Of a DNA stretch of 64,000 bases, positions 21,479-32,664 are shown one piece after another (position 1 is the first letter of the stretch; each line of letters opens with the position of its first letter). The notes under the pieces were generated by a model. It had not been told where the DNA came from. It did no database searches and saw nothing but the letters and a program-made list of their open reading frames with translations. A program made the position numbers and the translations under genes. Source of the stretch: Aulosira sp. ZfuVER01 (GTDB lineage: Bacteria > Cyanobacteriota > Cyanobacteriia > Cyanobacteriales > Nostocaceae); contig JAVRCV020000015.1 in the NCBI GenBank assembly GCA_034530615.2, positions 160,001-224,000 of the forward strand, given 5' to 3'.

Positions 21479-22309
21479 ATGATGCTGACAGAAAAACTGG
21501 AGCAACTAAAAGCTATATTCGCAGAAATGGAGCAGGCGCTAATTGCCTACTCTGGGGGTGTTGATAGTACTTTGGTTGCCAAGATTGCTTATGATGTTTT
21601 AGGCGATCGGGCTTTGGCTGTGACTGCTGTTTCGCCGTCGCTATTGCCAGAAGAGTTGGAAGATGCGAAGATTCAAGCGGCAACTATTGGGATTCCCCAT
21701 CAAATTGTCCAGACAAACGAAATGGACAATCCCAATTACACTTCCAACCCTGTCAACCGCTGCTATTTTTGCAAAAGCGAATTGCATGATACTCTCAAAC
21801 CTTTAGCCAGGGAGTTGGGTTATCCCTATGTGGTGGATGGAGTGAATGCTGATGATTTACACGATTATCGCCCAGGAATTCAAGCAGCTAAAGAAAGAGG
21901 TGCGCGATCGCCTTTAGCTGAAGTTGGAGTTACTAAAATGGAAGTCCGCCAACTTTCACAACAACTAAGTTTACCTTGGTGGGATAAACCTGCTCAACCT
22001 TGTCTCAGTTCCCGCTTTCCCTACGGTGAAGAAATTACTGTTGCTAAGTTACAACGAGTTGGTAGGGCAGAAATTTACTTGCGAAAGCTGGGTTTAAATA
22101 ATTTGCGCGTGCGTTCCGAAGGAGATACAGCACGCATTGAATTACCGCCAGAAAAAATTAAAGAGTTTGTGTTGACAACAGATTTAGCGCAAGTAGTATC
22201 GGCTTTTCAAGATTTTGGGTTTATTTACGTAACACTAGATTTGGAAGGTTATCGTAGTGGTAAGTTGAATCAGGTTTTGCCACAAACAGCTTTAGGCGTT
22301 AAAGCATAA
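21479..22309 (+). CDS. larE: LarE-like ATP-dependent sacrificial sulfur transferase (TIGR00268-type PP-loop)
   Basis: AYSGGVDS PP-loop, NRCYFCK, DYRPG, PCLSSR, GYRSG; start probably 21479 or 21482. Confidence 0.88.
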   Translation: MMLTEKLEQLKAIFAEMEQALIAYSGGVDSTLVAKIAYDVLGDRALAVTAVSPSLLPEELEDAKIQAATIGIPHQIVQTNEMDNPNYTSNPVNRCYFCKSELHDTLKPLARELGYPYVVDGVNADDLHDYRPGIQAAKERGARSPLAEVGVTKMEVRQLSQQLSLPWWDKPAQPCLSSRFPYGEEITVAKLQRVGRAEIYLRKLGLNNLRVRSEGDTARIELPPEKIKEFVLTTDLAQVVSAFQDFGFIYVTLDLEGYRSGKLNQVLPQTALGVKA

Positions 22310-22393
22310 AATTTTGTTGGAGAATTCATGAACTTTGAAAAGATAGTAAAGTCTACTTTACTTCCTTCTGCCACGCCAGTTGCCCTCTGCCTT

Positions 22394-22780
22394 CTAGTTT
22401 ATTTCCGCCTCCAGAGGAATCAGGACGCATCCGTTAATCTTCCAGGTGGTATCAGGCTGCTTTTCCATTAAATACAATGCTCTGACAGGAACTCCATCAG
22501 GCCCAAGCAGCAATACTAGTTGAGTAGTCTTGCTGTGGATGGTTGTGATTTTCTCAAAGAATACAGAACGAGGACGATACACGGCGGGATAACCGAGTCG
22601 CACCATTTGGATAAAGTTTTCTGGGTTGCGAAATTGTATTTGGATTTCCGGGCTGGCAAGGGCAAAAGCAGCTGCGGTATCATCCTTTTGAAAGGCTTCT
22701 AATTGACTTTCGATGACATAACGTATAGCGATGGCATCGCTATCAGTAATTTTCATAAATCTAAAATTGCGATCGCTCAA
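22394..22780 (-). CDS. DUF4864-like protein
   Basis: IESQLEAF..DD..AAFALASP, F..MV..GYP.VYRP, WKINGC motifs. Confidence 0.75.
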   Translation of the reverse strand: MSDRNFRFMKITDSDAIAIRYVIESQLEAFQKDDTAAAFALASPEIQIQFRNPENFIQMVRLGYPAVYRPRSVFFEKITTIHSKTTQLVLLLGPDGVPVRALYLMEKQPDTTWKINGCVLIPLEAEIN

Positions 22781-23844
22781 TTATCGCGCTGAGTCGGCCT
22801 TAATTCTATCTGCTCTAGTGCTGCCCGCCAAACGTCATACCCATCTGGCGATAGATGTAACCCATCTGTGGTTAACTCTGGACGCAAATTCCCTTGAAAA
22901 TCTGTAAACCACCTATAAATATTTATATAAGTAACTTTTTCTTGTTTGGCAATTAGTTCAAGTTGTGTGTTGAGATTACGAATGCGCTGGTTAGAAATGG
23001 TTGGCAGGCGAGCAGGTAATATTGATTGGACAATTATCTGAGACTTGGGGTGAGCCTGCCGTAGGCTGCGCATAATCCGGCGATGATTGCGCAAAATTAC
23101 TTGATCGCTAGTATTCTTGCGGATATCGTTAATCCCAGCCATAACATATATCGCATCGGGTTGCGTTTCGGAAAATGCTCCCAATCTTTTTAAGACACCA
23201 CTAGAGGTATCTCCAGATATTCCCTGATTTAACCACAATTTGCCAGCAGGCAGTTTTTCTTTAGGAAACCACATGCTCAAAGAATCACCTACTAAAACAC
23301 TTAGATGATTTGCGCCTTTACCTTGAGCGATCGCTTTGGCTTCCAAAGCTAATAAACGTTTCCAATCTTCATAAGTTAGTTGGCGTTTGTTAGGTGAATC
23401 TGAAAATGATTCCAAGCTATCTTCATCTAGGCGTTTATTAATTTGGCCTGTTTTCAGCGCCGCTAATCTTTGGTAGTAAAGTTGACTATTTGAAGCCAGT
23501 ATCCGGTTAGCGCCTAGGGAGGTAGGATTACCTGATGACTCTACTGGTGCTGCTAAATCCTGATTAGTAAATTCTGGTAAAGCAGGCCCAAAGCTGGGAA
23601 TGAATTTCTCACCTACTATTGGCGGAGAACTATCTAAAGTTTGCAAAGCCTGACTAGTAAATTCTGGTAAGGAGACATCAACACTGGGGGTAGTTTTTTC
23701 ACCTCTTGTTGGCTGTGAACCCTGTCTTAAATCCCAATGAAATTTAGAATGTTCTGGCAGAATAATCGACATCTGTGGAAGAGCCGATGCTGGTATTGCC
23801 AATACTGTTAACAAGCCTGCTGCCAACAGATAAGGGTCCCTCAT
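22777..23844 (-). CDS. SGNH/GDSL hydrolase family protein
   Basis: GDSL, NQGISGD, GIND, DGLHLS blocks; signal peptide. Confidence 0.9.
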   Translation of the reverse strand: MRDPYLLAAGLLTVLAIPASALPQMSIILPEHSKFHWDLRQGSQPTRGEKTTPSVDVSLPEFTSQALQTLDSSPPIVGEKFIPSFGPALPEFTNQDLAAPVESSGNPTSLGANRILASNSQLYYQRLAALKTGQINKRLDEDSLESFSDSPNKRQLTYEDWKRLLALEAKAIAQGKGANHLSVLVGDSLSMWFPKEKLPAGKLWLNQGISGDTSSGVLKRLGAFSETQPDAIYVMAGINDIRKNTSDQVILRNHRRIMRSLRQAHPKSQIIVQSILPARLPTISNQRIRNLNTQLELIAKQEKVTYINIYRWFTDFQGNLRPELTTDGLHLSPDGYDVWRAALEQIELRPTQRDN

Positions 23845-24398
23845 CGTTTTCTCTCTCCTATACTCATTGCTTTCTCTTATGACAGTGGTAACTGGTTAAA
23901 TTCAGGAAAATTTTACTTCGGTATAAGTTCTTATTTTGATTTACTAGGTCTATGTCTGTAAAGCAGGTTCACGGGGTTAAATTTCACAATTTACAATCTC
24001 TTTAAACCGAACTTTTACGGATCTTCAGCCAATTCTACCTGTTGAAATACTTTCAATACAAACATAGATTTTACTGACCCTAACGCTTTTCGTGATTAAA
24101 TTTAGGTGCTTACTGCTCTCTTAGCTTTATAGGAAAGTCAAAAACGGGCATTATATATGTCTTTTATTACACTAATATCCACTGTAATTACACTATATGC
24201 AATTCGTAAATGGTTTTTGATTTTCTCATCAAGATGGCTGTTAGCTTTAATGTTGTTAGCATGGTAGATATCTAATTAACTTTAAGCTCGCTAATTTAGG
24301 GAATTTTACTGATTGCCTTGATTTTGCTAGAGCAAGAGGCTATCAATTTTAATTTTCTCATATAAAATTGGGTGATGCTAACGCATCATATGTCAAAT

Positions 24399-24611
24399 AT
24401 GGGATTAATCAGATTAAAGATTCGAGAACTAGCACAAGAGAAAGGATGGACACTAAAAGAGGTTTCCGATCGCTCTGGCGTGATTTACAGTACAGTGAGA
24501 AGCTATGCTCGCCGTTCTGGAATGACAACAGTAGATTTTACAGCTATCCACAAATTGGCTCGGACATTTGATGTGATGATTGAAGACTTAGTGGAAATTA
24601 TAGAGGAATAG
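24399..24611 (+). CDS. XRE-family helix-turn-helix regulator
   Basis: KGWTLKEVSDRSGV.YSTV HTH and KLARTFDV.IEDL. Confidence 0.85.
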   Translation: MGLIRLKIRELAQEKGWTLKEVSDRSGVIYSTVRSYARRSGMTTVDFTAIHKLARTFDVMIEDLVEIIEE

Positions 24612-24810
24612 CTCATTTTCAGAAGATTCTAACCTGAGGAATAGGAAATTTAGCTTTTTTTCTGCTAACAGTATTGTGCAAACATTGCTATTAATGCTTA
24701 GATGTAAAATCTGTATTTAATCAATTTAAATTGATGACTATAGTTATATAGAAGAACCCCATTATAAATGCTAAGATTTAGGCGAAGTCATTAATATTTA
24801 CTATTATTTC

Positions 24811-25005
24811 GTGGCAAGAGCTAGTACTGCGATCGGTGTCAGTCCAATTATTAAGGAGATTGTGCAAAAACAGGCACATTCGACACGTTTGACTCTGAAA
24901 GAGGTGATACTTATGGGGATGTTAGCAATTGATAAACTCGACGATCAAAGTCGTCAAGAGCTAGCAGACGAAGTCCATAAAATGCAGGTGAATGGTGAAA
25001 TCTAA
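24811..25005 (+). CDS. Small hypothetical protein (possible DNA-binding)
   Basis: 64-aa GTG ORF with protein-like helical composition. Confidence 0.6.
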   Translation: MARASTAIGVSPIIKEIVQKQAHSTRLTLKEVILMGMLAIDKLDDQSRQELADEVHKMQVNGEI

Positions 25006-25137
25006 ATCTGCTTTTTGGATTCTAAAATTAAAAGTTCAAAGCGAACATTTTAATTATTCAAAAAGTTATCACGTGATAGTTATCAAAGTTTGAATTAGAA
25101 TGTTATACCTCAGAATAGGTATCGTTGTTTGAGGTAA

Positions 25138-25253
25138 TATAGCGTTTCCTAATCTACTGAAGTACAAATTTATCTGCGTTTATCTGCGTCCATCTTCTTT
25201 TATCGGCAGTTAATTCTTTCTTGCTGTACCTTACTAGTGTGAGAATTGCTATA
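25138..25253. mobile_element. MITE-like element with imperfect ~29-bp TATAGC terminal inverted repeats
   Basis: TATAGCGTTTCCTAATCTACTGAAGTACA vs reverse complement of right end TATAGCAATTCTCACACTAGTAAGGTACA. Confidence 0.65.
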
Positions 25254-25293
25254 AACTCTGAGTTCAAATATAAAACTGGTCACAGTTTGTTGA

Positions 25294-26199
25294 TTATTGG
25301 CTAAAACGATAACGACTGCCCATAACATAATCCTCATCGATTTCAAAAGCTATCCATTGACGTTGCAAAGTCTCAGCAACAAACCCAGTAGTATTAGATC
25401 CTGCAAATGGATCTAATACTACATCACCTGCATCAGTCAAAAATTTAATAAAGAACTCCGCGAAAGCTTGAGGAAAACGTGCTGGATGGGACTTGATTCC
25501 TGCTGCTTTACAGCGACGCAAATAAGCACTATTTGATTCAGTATTGGCAATTTCTAGTAAGTTCGGTGGAATTGCACCTTGGTTATCCTTTTGGAATTTA
25601 TCAGAAATATCATGTCCGCTAGGACGAATTTTGGCTTGATAGCCATTTTTGAGTAATTGTTTCATACTCTGGCTATATGGCTTTAAAACTTTTCTATTAT
25701 CTGCTTTAGGATTGGGTGTTTTCGATAACCACCAAACCATATTTACTGAATCTTTGACACGAATTCGCCTAATTGTCACCCACTCAGCAGGGGTAGGTAA
25801 TCTTGCCGGATTATAGTGATAAAATTCTTGCGCAAGAAAAAAGCCGACTTCTTTGCACAATCTTACTAAGAGTTCGTATTGGTAGATACTTCGCACAGGA
25901 TTCCCAGGAAGATAAGCACCACCTAAATCTAAAATAAATGAGCCATTATCAGCCAGTACTCGTTTAAATTCGTATGCGAAAGGTAGAAACCATTCTATAT
26001 ATTTTTCTGCGTTTTCGTTACCATATTCTTTTTTGCGTGTAAGCGCAAATGGAGGCGAAGTCAGAATTAAATTAATAGTGTTGTCGTCAATAAATTTGAG
26101 CAGTTGTAGACTATCACCTAAATATATTGCTCCGTTATTTTGGGTGTAATAAGGAATAAAGATACTCTGTTCGTGTGTTTTTTGAGTTTTTGGTGTCAA
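25294..26199 (-). CDS. Site-specific DNA methyltransferase (N4/N6, beta class), apparently orphan
   Basis: TSPPF catalytic motif precedes HPARFP and VLDPFAGSNTTG SAM-binding motif. Confidence 0.92.
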   Translation of the reverse strand: MTPKTQKTHEQSIFIPYYTQNNGAIYLGDSLQLLKFIDDNTINLILTSPPFALTRKKEYGNENAEKYIEWFLPFAYEFKRVLADNGSFILDLGGAYLPGNPVRSIYQYELLVRLCKEVGFFLAQEFYHYNPARLPTPAEWVTIRRIRVKDSVNMVWWLSKTPNPKADNRKVLKPYSQSMKQLLKNGYQAKIRPSGHDISDKFQKDNQGAIPPNLLEIANTESNSAYLRRCKAAGIKSHPARFPQAFAEFFIKFLTDAGDVVLDPFAGSNTTGFVAETLQRQWIAFEIDEDYVMGSRYRFSQ

Positions 26200-26296
26200 G
26201 AGTAGCTAATTTTTTACTTAAAAGTCTTCAGTTAAATAAAATAATATTTGCTGGCATCAGGATAGGGGTAAGCCCATCCCATGCAGTACTGAAAGC

Positions 26297-26737
26297 CTAC
26301 CATTTTTTGTAGGGAAGAAATTTTCCAGACATAGTAATTTTCACGCGATCGCCTTTAGGATCTTCTTCTTTTTCGATATCCAAGGTAAAGTCAATTGCAC
26401 TCATAATCCCGTCGCCAAACTTTTCCTGAATGACATCTTTAATCGGGAAACCGTATACCTGCATAATCTCGTAAAAACGGTAAATTAGAGGATCGGTTGG
26501 AACGACTGGGCCTAATCCTTTTAAAGGGTATGATGTGAGTTCGGGAATATAGCTAGTATCCAAGCCCAAAGCTTCAATTAGTAACTTAGCCTCATCTTCA
26601 GAAGCACTAGCTTGACGATAAAATACCGCAGCAATCCAGACTTCATCGCGTCCGAGAATTTTTTCTAAATCAGCAAAGCTCAGACCTTTGTCTTCCTTGG
26701 CTGCTAATAAGGCTTGCGTAATTTTGGGAATTGACAT
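26297..26737 (-). CDS. cynS: Cyanase (cyanate hydratase)
   Basis: [30 protein letters not shown]. Confidence 0.97.
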   Translation of the reverse strand: MSIPKITQALLAAKEDKGLSFADLEKILGRDEVWIAAVFYRQASASEDEAKLLIEALGLDTSYIPELTSYPLKGLGPVVPTDPLIYRFYEIMQVYGFPIKDVIQEKFGDGIMSAIDFTLDIEKEEDPKGDRVKITMSGKFLPYKKW

Positions 26738-26800
26738 CTGATAAGTTCTTTAAGGAATTAATTTTGTAAGCAAAAATTTTATCACGATTATCGGAAATAG

Positions 26801-26835
26801 GCGATGTCTCACGACAAGTCGCTACGCGTCTACGC
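26801..26835. mobile_element. SDR5-like element inserted in a HIP1 site upstream of cynS
   Basis: GCGAT+GTCTCACGACAAGTCGCTACGCGTCTA (27 nt)+CGC. Confidence 0.75.
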
Positions 26836-26848
26836 TTATTCGTTGAGA

Positions 26849-27196
26849 TTATGTCAGTTGAAAAGTTTGAATCATTAATGTATCCAATTGCTGAAGCTGA
26901 TTAGCTCCTAATTTACCTATCCGCCTGGTAATTAATCTTCGCTCAATTGTAACAATCCGAGAAACTCGAACTTTAGAAATAACTTTTAATCCTGTATTAG
27001 CAAACTCGGTATCTGAAGGGTCTAAAATAAATTCTTCGTTAGTCAAATTAGTGACATTTTGAGAAGAAATAAAACACAGAGTTATATCATTTCCTGTATT
27101 ATCAACCCATAAAATCAACCCAGGACGCAACTTTGTTCCTGTTAAATCTGTAAACGGTAATGGAACCAAGACAATATCTCCCTTTTTTAAAGGCAT
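26849..27196 (-). CDS. PemK/MazF family toxin
   Basis: KKGDIVLVPLPFTD..GTKLRP, GLK..SKVRVSRIVTI, IGKL. Confidence 0.9.
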   Translation of the reverse strand: MPLKKGDIVLVPLPFTDLTGTKLRPGLILWVDNTGNDITLCFISSQNVTNLTNEEFILDPSDTEFANTGLKVISKVRVSRIVTIERRLITRRIGKLGANQLQQLDTLMIQTFQLT

Positions 27197-27402
27197 TAAA
27201 TAGCCTCCCCATCTTCCAGGGTATATAAATCTGGTTCATCATATAAAAAATTAAATGCTTTATTTATCTGTGCAAATTCCATAATGTCATGTGTAGATGG
27301 ATAGGAAGAATCAAAAAATAGCTTTTCTTCCAAAAGTGATCGTTCTTCTTCAGATAGAGACAAGATAACGTGTATTAGAGATTCTACGAGTTTAATGTTC
27401 AT
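27196..27402 (-). CDS. Probable cognate antitoxin
   Basis: Small acidic ORF ending FLYDEPDLYTLEDGEAI, TAATG stop/start overlap with the toxin. Confidence 0.72.
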   Translation of the reverse strand: MNIKLVESLIHVILSLSEEERSLLEEKLFFDSSYPSTHDIMEFAQINKAFNFLYDEPDLYTLEDGEAI

Positions 27403-27542
27403 TATTAATAAATATTCAAGCGAGGTATCCCATTTACCTATAGGAAGTATAGCCATTCATTGAGGTAATTTTTTTTCATGAAAATCACCTAAGCTATAGA
27501 GTTCCCAAAAAAATAGAAAAAGTAACCACAAGTAAAAGTATA

Positions 27543-27574
27543 AAAAATCCCCCAACCTTGCGGCGGGGGATTTT
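27543..27574 (-). terminator. Intrinsic terminator downstream of psaB
   Basis: AAAATCCCCC...GGGGGATTTT hairpin with T tract on the minus strand. Confidence 0.75.
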
Positions 27575-27604
27575 GGTTAATTACCTACAAAACTCGCAAC
27601 CGGA

Positions 27605-29830
27605 TCAACCGAACTTACCAGCCGTCGAGGCAATTAGGAATGCTGCGTAGGTTAGAACATAGCCCACAGCGAAGTGAGTTAGACCAACTAAACGAGCTTG
27701 AACAATGGACAGAGCAACGGGCTTATCTTTCCAGCGAACCAAGTTAGCTAGAGGAGTGCGCTCGTGTGCCCAAACAAGGGTTTCAATCAACTCTTGCCAG
27801 TAACCTCTCCAAGAGATGAGGAACATGAAGCCTGTTGCCCAAACTAGGTGTCCGAACAGGAACATCCAAGCCCAAACAGACAAGTTATTCACGCCGTAGG
27901 GGTTGTATCCGTTAATCAACTGAGCAGAGTTAGCCCAGAGGTAATCACGGAACCAGCCCATGAGGTAGGTGGAGTTTTCGTTGAACTGAGCAACGTTACC
28001 TTGCCAAATACCCAGGTGTTTCCAGTGCCAGTAGAAGGTTAACCAACCTACTGTGTTTAACGCCCAGAACAGAGCTAGATAGAAAGCGTCCCAAGCAGAG
28101 ATGTCGCAAGTACCGCCACGACCAGGACCATCGCAAGGGAATGCATAACCGAAGTCCTTTTTATCGGGCATCAGCTTGGAACCACGGGCATCCAAAGCAC
28201 CCTTAACGAGAATCAAAGTGGTGGTGTGCAGACCCAAAGCTATCGCATGGTGTACCAAGAAGTCGCCAGGGCCAATTGTTAAGAAGAGGGAATTAGTGCC
28301 AGAGTTAATGGCATCCAGCCAGCCACTCAACCATACGTTACCGTAGTTGGGGTAGGCTGTGTAAGCTACGCTATCGGGGTTAGAAAGTAGAGTATCTAAG
28401 CCGTAGAGTACCTTACCGTGAGCAGCTTGAATGAACTGAGCAAATACTGGCTCAATCAAGATTTGCTTTTCAGGAGTACCGAAAGCAACTACTACGTCGT
28501 TGTGAACGTATAAGCCTAGGGTGTGGAAACCTAAGAAGAGAGATACCCAACTGAGGTGGGAGATAATCGCTTCTTTGTGCTTCAGAACACGGTCTAGTAC
28601 GTTGTCTTTGTTTTGTTCGGGGTCGTAGTCACGAACCCAGAAGATAGCGCCGTGGGCGAAAGCGCCAACCATCAAGAAGATGGCGATGTATTGGTGGTGG
28701 GTGTACAGAGCTGCCTGAGTTGTATAGTCCTTAGCGATAAACGCATAGGAAGGCATGGAGTACATGTGCTGTGCCACCAAAGAGGTGACAACACCCAAGC
28801 AAGCTAGGTGCCAACCCAATTGGAAGTGAAGAGAGTTGTTGTAGGTGTCATATATACCTTGGTGAGGCATATTGAACGGACCTTCAACAGGTTTGCCAAA
28901 GAAAGTTTTGGCATTCATCATCTCTTTGATGCTGTGACCAATACCAAAATTGGTACGGTACATATGACCAGCGACGATGAATAATACAGCGATCGCCAAG
29001 TGGTGGTGAGCAATGTCAGTCAGCCACAAAGCTTCTGTTTGGGGATGGAAACCACCTAAGAAAGTCAGGATTGCAGTACCTGCACCTTGGGATGTACCGA
29101 ACACATGACCTGCTGTGTCAGGGTTTTGAGCGTAAACTCCCCAGTTACCGGTAAAGAATGGTGTCAAACCTGCTGGGTGAGGTGCGGTACTTAAAAAGTT
29201 GTCCCAACCTACGTGCTGTCCGCGAGCTTCGGGGATAGCAACGTGAATTAAGTGACCAGCCCAAGCCAGAGAGCTAACGCCAAACAAACCTGCCAAGTGG
29301 TGGTTTAGGCGAGATTCAGCACTCTTAAACCAAGCCAGGCTAGGACGATACTTGGGTTGTAAGTGCAACCAACCAGCAAACAGTAACACTGCTGCAAACA
29401 GTAGGAGGAAAACGGAACCGGTGTACAGTTCGCTGTTTGTCCGCATACCTATGGTGTACCACCAGTGGTAAACACCAGAGTAAGCAATGTTTACAGGACC
29501 GTTAGCGCCAGCTTGGGTAAAAGCTTCGATCGCTGGTTTACCAAAGTGGGGGTCCCAAATCGCATGAGCAATTGGGCGGATGTGGATGGGATCTTTAATC
29601 CACTGTTCAAAGTTACCTTGCCAGGCTACGTGGAACAGGAGGCTGGATGCCCACAGGAATATGATTGCCAAGTGACCGAAGTGAGTGGCGAAAATCTTTT
29701 GGTAAAGATTTTCTTCCGTCATGCCATCATGGCTTTCAAAGTCGTTGCCTGTAGCGATCGCATACCATATCCGACGAGTAGTCGGGTCCTGTGCGAGATC
29801 CTGGCTAAATTTTGGAAATTTTGTTGCCAT
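27605..29830 (-). CDS. psaB: Photosystem I core protein PsaB
   Basis: [42 protein letters not shown] end. Confidence 0.99.
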   Translation of the reverse strand: MATKFPKFSQDLAQDPTTRRIWYAIATGNDFESHDGMTEENLYQKIFATHFGHLAIIFLWASSLLFHVAWQGNFEQWIKDPIHIRPIAHAIWDPHFGKPAIEAFTQAGANGPVNIAYSGVYHWWYTIGMRTNSELYTGSVFLLLFAAVLLFAGWLHLQPKYRPSLAWFKSAESRLNHHLAGLFGVSSLAWAGHLIHVAIPEARGQHVGWDNFLSTAPHPAGLTPFFTGNWGVYAQNPDTAGHVFGTSQGAGTAILTFLGGFHPQTEALWLTDIAHHHLAIAVLFIVAGHMYRTNFGIGHSIKEMMNAKTFFGKPVEGPFNMPHQGIYDTYNNSLHFQLGWHLACLGVVTSLVAQHMYSMPSYAFIAKDYTTQAALYTHHQYIAIFLMVGAFAHGAIFWVRDYDPEQNKDNVLDRVLKHKEAIISHLSWVSLFLGFHTLGLYVHNDVVVAFGTPEKQILIEPVFAQFIQAAHGKVLYGLDTLLSNPDSVAYTAYPNYGNVWLSGWLDAINSGTNSLFLTIGPGDFLVHHAIALGLHTTTLILVKGALDARGSKLMPDKKDFGYAFPCDGPGRGGTCDISAWDAFYLALFWALNTVGWLTFYWHWKHLGIWQGNVAQFNENSTYLMGWFRDYLWANSAQLINGYNPYGVNNLSVWAWMFLFGHLVWATGFMFLISWRGYWQELIETLVWAHERTPLANLVRWKDKPVALSIVQARLVGLTHFAVGYVLTYAAFLIASTAGKFG

Positions 29831-29952
29831 AGGTTTGATAATTCCTCTGACCTTTAGCCATCAGGTTTCAGCATTTAGAGTTCTGAGTCCTGAGTTTTGA
29901 GCTTTAACTAGGCACTCAGCACCCAGTACTCAGTACTCTATTTGGCTGATTG

Positions 29953-32211
29953 CTACCCTACTGAAAGGATGTGTGCGTGGAAGAATGCCCAGGTAGTAGC
30001 AATTCCTCCTAAGAGGTAGTGAGCTACACCTACTGCCCGACCTTGAGTGATGCTCAAAGCGCGAGGCTGAATTGATGGTGCTACCTTCAGTTTATTATGT
30101 GCCCAAACTATGGACTCAATCAGTTCTTGCCAGTAGCCACGACCACTGAACAGGAACATTAAGCTGAATGCCCATACAAAGTGAGCGCCCAAGAACATGA
30201 GTCCGTAAGCAGACAGCGCACTTCCGTAGGAGTTGATTACTTGTGAAGCTTGTGCCCACAAGAAGTCACGCAACCAACCGTTGATTGTGATGGCACTTTG
30301 GGCAAAGTTACCACCAGTAATGTGAGTCACATTACCTGCCGCGTCTACAGTTCCCCAAACATCAGATTGCATCTTCCAGCTGAAGTGGAAAATTACAATA
30401 GACAGGGAGTTGTACATCCAGAATAATCCGAGGAACACATGATCCCAACCGGATACTTGGCAAGTACCGCCACGACCAGGACCGTCGCAGGGGAAACGGA
30501 AGCCTAAGTTTGCTTTGTCTGGAATCAGACGAGAACTACGCGCAAACAGTACACCCTTAAGCAGGATGAGAACGGTTACGTGAATGGTAAAGGCATGAAT
30601 GTGGTGAATTAAGAAGTCTGCTGTACCCAAAGCAATAGGTGCAGCTGCTACTTTACCGCCTACAGCCAAAATACCGCCGCCAAAGACATAGCTAACCGGT
30701 TCTAAGGCATTGGGTGCAGTTGAACCAGGAGCTAAGGCATGGATATTTTGTACCCATTGCGCAAAAACTGGCTGTAACTGAATTGCCGTATCGGAGAACA
30801 TATCTTGGGGACGACCCAATGCACGCATTGTGTCGTTGTGGATGTAAAGTCCAAAGCTATGGAAGCCGAGGAAAATACAAACCCAGTTTAAGTGAGAGAT
30901 AATCGCATCTCGGTGACGGATCACCCGATCCAGTACGTTGTTTTGGTTAACAACTGGATCGTAATCCCGAACCATGAAAATGGCAGCGTGAGCAGCCCCA
31001 CCAACAATCAGGAAGCCACCGATCCACATATGGTGTGTAAAGATACACAACTGCGTAGCGTAGTCAGTTGCCAAATATGGATAGGGAGGCATCGCGTACA
31101 TGTGGTGCGCGATGATGATGGTTAAGGAACCCAAGAAAGCTAGGTTAGTACCTAATTGAGCGTGCCAAGATGTGGTCAGGTTTTCGTAAAGACCTTTGTG
31201 ACCTTCACCAGTGAAGGGGCCTTTATGATTTTCGAGGATCTCTTTAATGCTGTGACCGATACCCCAGTTGGTGCGGTATTGGTGACCTGCAATGATAAAC
31301 AGTACAGCGATCGCCAAGTGGTGATGGGAAATATCTGTCATCCACAAGCCGCCTGTTACTGGGTTGAGACCACCCTTAAAGGTGAGGAAGTCAGCGTACT
31401 GACCCCAGTTCAAGGTAAAGAAAGGTGCCAAACCACTAGCAAAGCTGGGATAAAGCTCGGTCAACAAGTCTTTGTTCAGGATGAACTCGTGGGGCAAGGG
31501 GATATCTTTAAGAGCTACCCCTGCATCCAACAGCTTGTTGGTCGGTGCGGACACGTGAATTAAGTGTCCAGCCCATCCCAAGGAACCACAACCCAGCAAT
31601 ACTTGCAGGTGGTGATTCAGCATTGACTCCACATTCTGGAACCATTCCAGTTTGGGAGCACGCTTGTGGTAATGGAACCAACCGGCAAACAGGAACAAGC
31701 CTGCTAATACCAAGCCGCCAATGGCAGTACAGTACAGTTGGAATGAGTTTGTAATACCCCAGCCACGCCATACTTGGAACAAGCCAGAGGTGATTTGAAT
31801 ACCGTGGAAGCCACCGCCAACATCACCATTTAAAATGTCTTGTCCGACTATGGGCCAAACGACTTGAGCACTAGGCTTTACGTTTAGAGGGTCGCTCAAC
31901 CAAGCTTCGTAGTTGGAAAACTTAGCGCCGTGGAATATCATCCCGCTCAGCCAAATCGTCACTACAGCTAAGTGGCCGAAGTGGGCTGCAAATATCTTGC
32001 GGGATATTTCTTCTAGATCGCTGGTATGTGTATCAAAATCGTGGGCGAGGGCGTGCAGGTTCCAAATCCATGTGGTGGTTTTGGGACCTCTGGCTAAAGT
32101 TCTGTCGAAGTGACCGGGTGTTGCCCATCTCTCAAAAGAGGTAGGTACTGGATCGTTATCGACTATTACTCTTGCCTTTTTTTCCTCTCGCTCCGGAGGA
32201 CTAATCGTCAT
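29953..32211 (-). CDS. psaA: Photosystem I core protein PsaA
   Basis: [24 protein letters not shown]. Confidence 0.99.
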   Translation of the reverse strand: MTISPPEREEKKARVIVDNDPVPTSFERWATPGHFDRTLARGPKTTTWIWNLHALAHDFDTHTSDLEEISRKIFAAHFGHLAVVTIWLSGMIFHGAKFSNYEAWLSDPLNVKPSAQVVWPIVGQDILNGDVGGGFHGIQITSGLFQVWRGWGITNSFQLYCTAIGGLVLAGLFLFAGWFHYHKRAPKLEWFQNVESMLNHHLQVLLGCGSLGWAGHLIHVSAPTNKLLDAGVALKDIPLPHEFILNKDLLTELYPSFASGLAPFFTLNWGQYADFLTFKGGLNPVTGGLWMTDISHHHLAIAVLFIIAGHQYRTNWGIGHSIKEILENHKGPFTGEGHKGLYENLTTSWHAQLGTNLAFLGSLTIIIAHHMYAMPPYPYLATDYATQLCIFTHHMWIGGFLIVGGAAHAAIFMVRDYDPVVNQNNVLDRVIRHRDAIISHLNWVCIFLGFHSFGLYIHNDTMRALGRPQDMFSDTAIQLQPVFAQWVQNIHALAPGSTAPNALEPVSYVFGGGILAVGGKVAAAPIALGTADFLIHHIHAFTIHVTVLILLKGVLFARSSRLIPDKANLGFRFPCDGPGRGGTCQVSGWDHVFLGLFWMYNSLSIVIFHFSWKMQSDVWGTVDAAGNVTHITGGNFAQSAITINGWLRDFLWAQASQVINSYGSALSAYGLMFLGAHFVWAFSLMFLFSGRGYWQELIESIVWAHNKLKVAPSIQPRALSITQGRAVGVAHYLLGGIATTWAFFHAHILSVG

Positions 32212-32664
32212 TCGACCTCCTCTCTAGATAAGGAATGAGGAATCAGGAAACCACAAAGTTAACCATTATCGCATCCTCCAGAATTTTCCTGGGGAGCGAT
32301 TCAGACCCGATGTGGAAGTTTGTTTCTGTTGAATTATAAAGTCTTAACTTGTACATTGTTGGCGATAATTTAACAATAATTCAAAATCACTGGAATAATT
32401 GGCCAATCTGCCTTTTAACTTCAAACTAACGGGCAAAAAGTCAATAGATTATTCATTTTATTTACAAAGGAACACAATTTGTAAAACTTATAGTTTACGC
32501 TTGTGTAGCAATTGTTTCGGCTGTTGCATTTGTTGCTTTAGAGTTTAAATTACAGTTCGCAAACAACTGTCAAAAAAATGACATCTTCATGCTATGTCTC
32601 CAAAAAGACAAAGTAAAAATTTTATGGAGTAAAGCAAATTTCACCTTTTGGGCTATAGTTCCCT

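Noticed and set aside
24399..26199. Complete restriction-modification system with controller protein
   Set aside because: No endonuclease gene; the XRE gene is convergent with and separated from the methyltransferase.
26738..26850. NtcA site upstream of cynS
   Set aside because: No GTA-N8-TAC match found by eye.
32212..32664. RpaB HLR1 boxes in the psaA promoter
   Set aside because: Only partial TTTACAAA-like half sites were seen; a properly spaced pair could not be supported.
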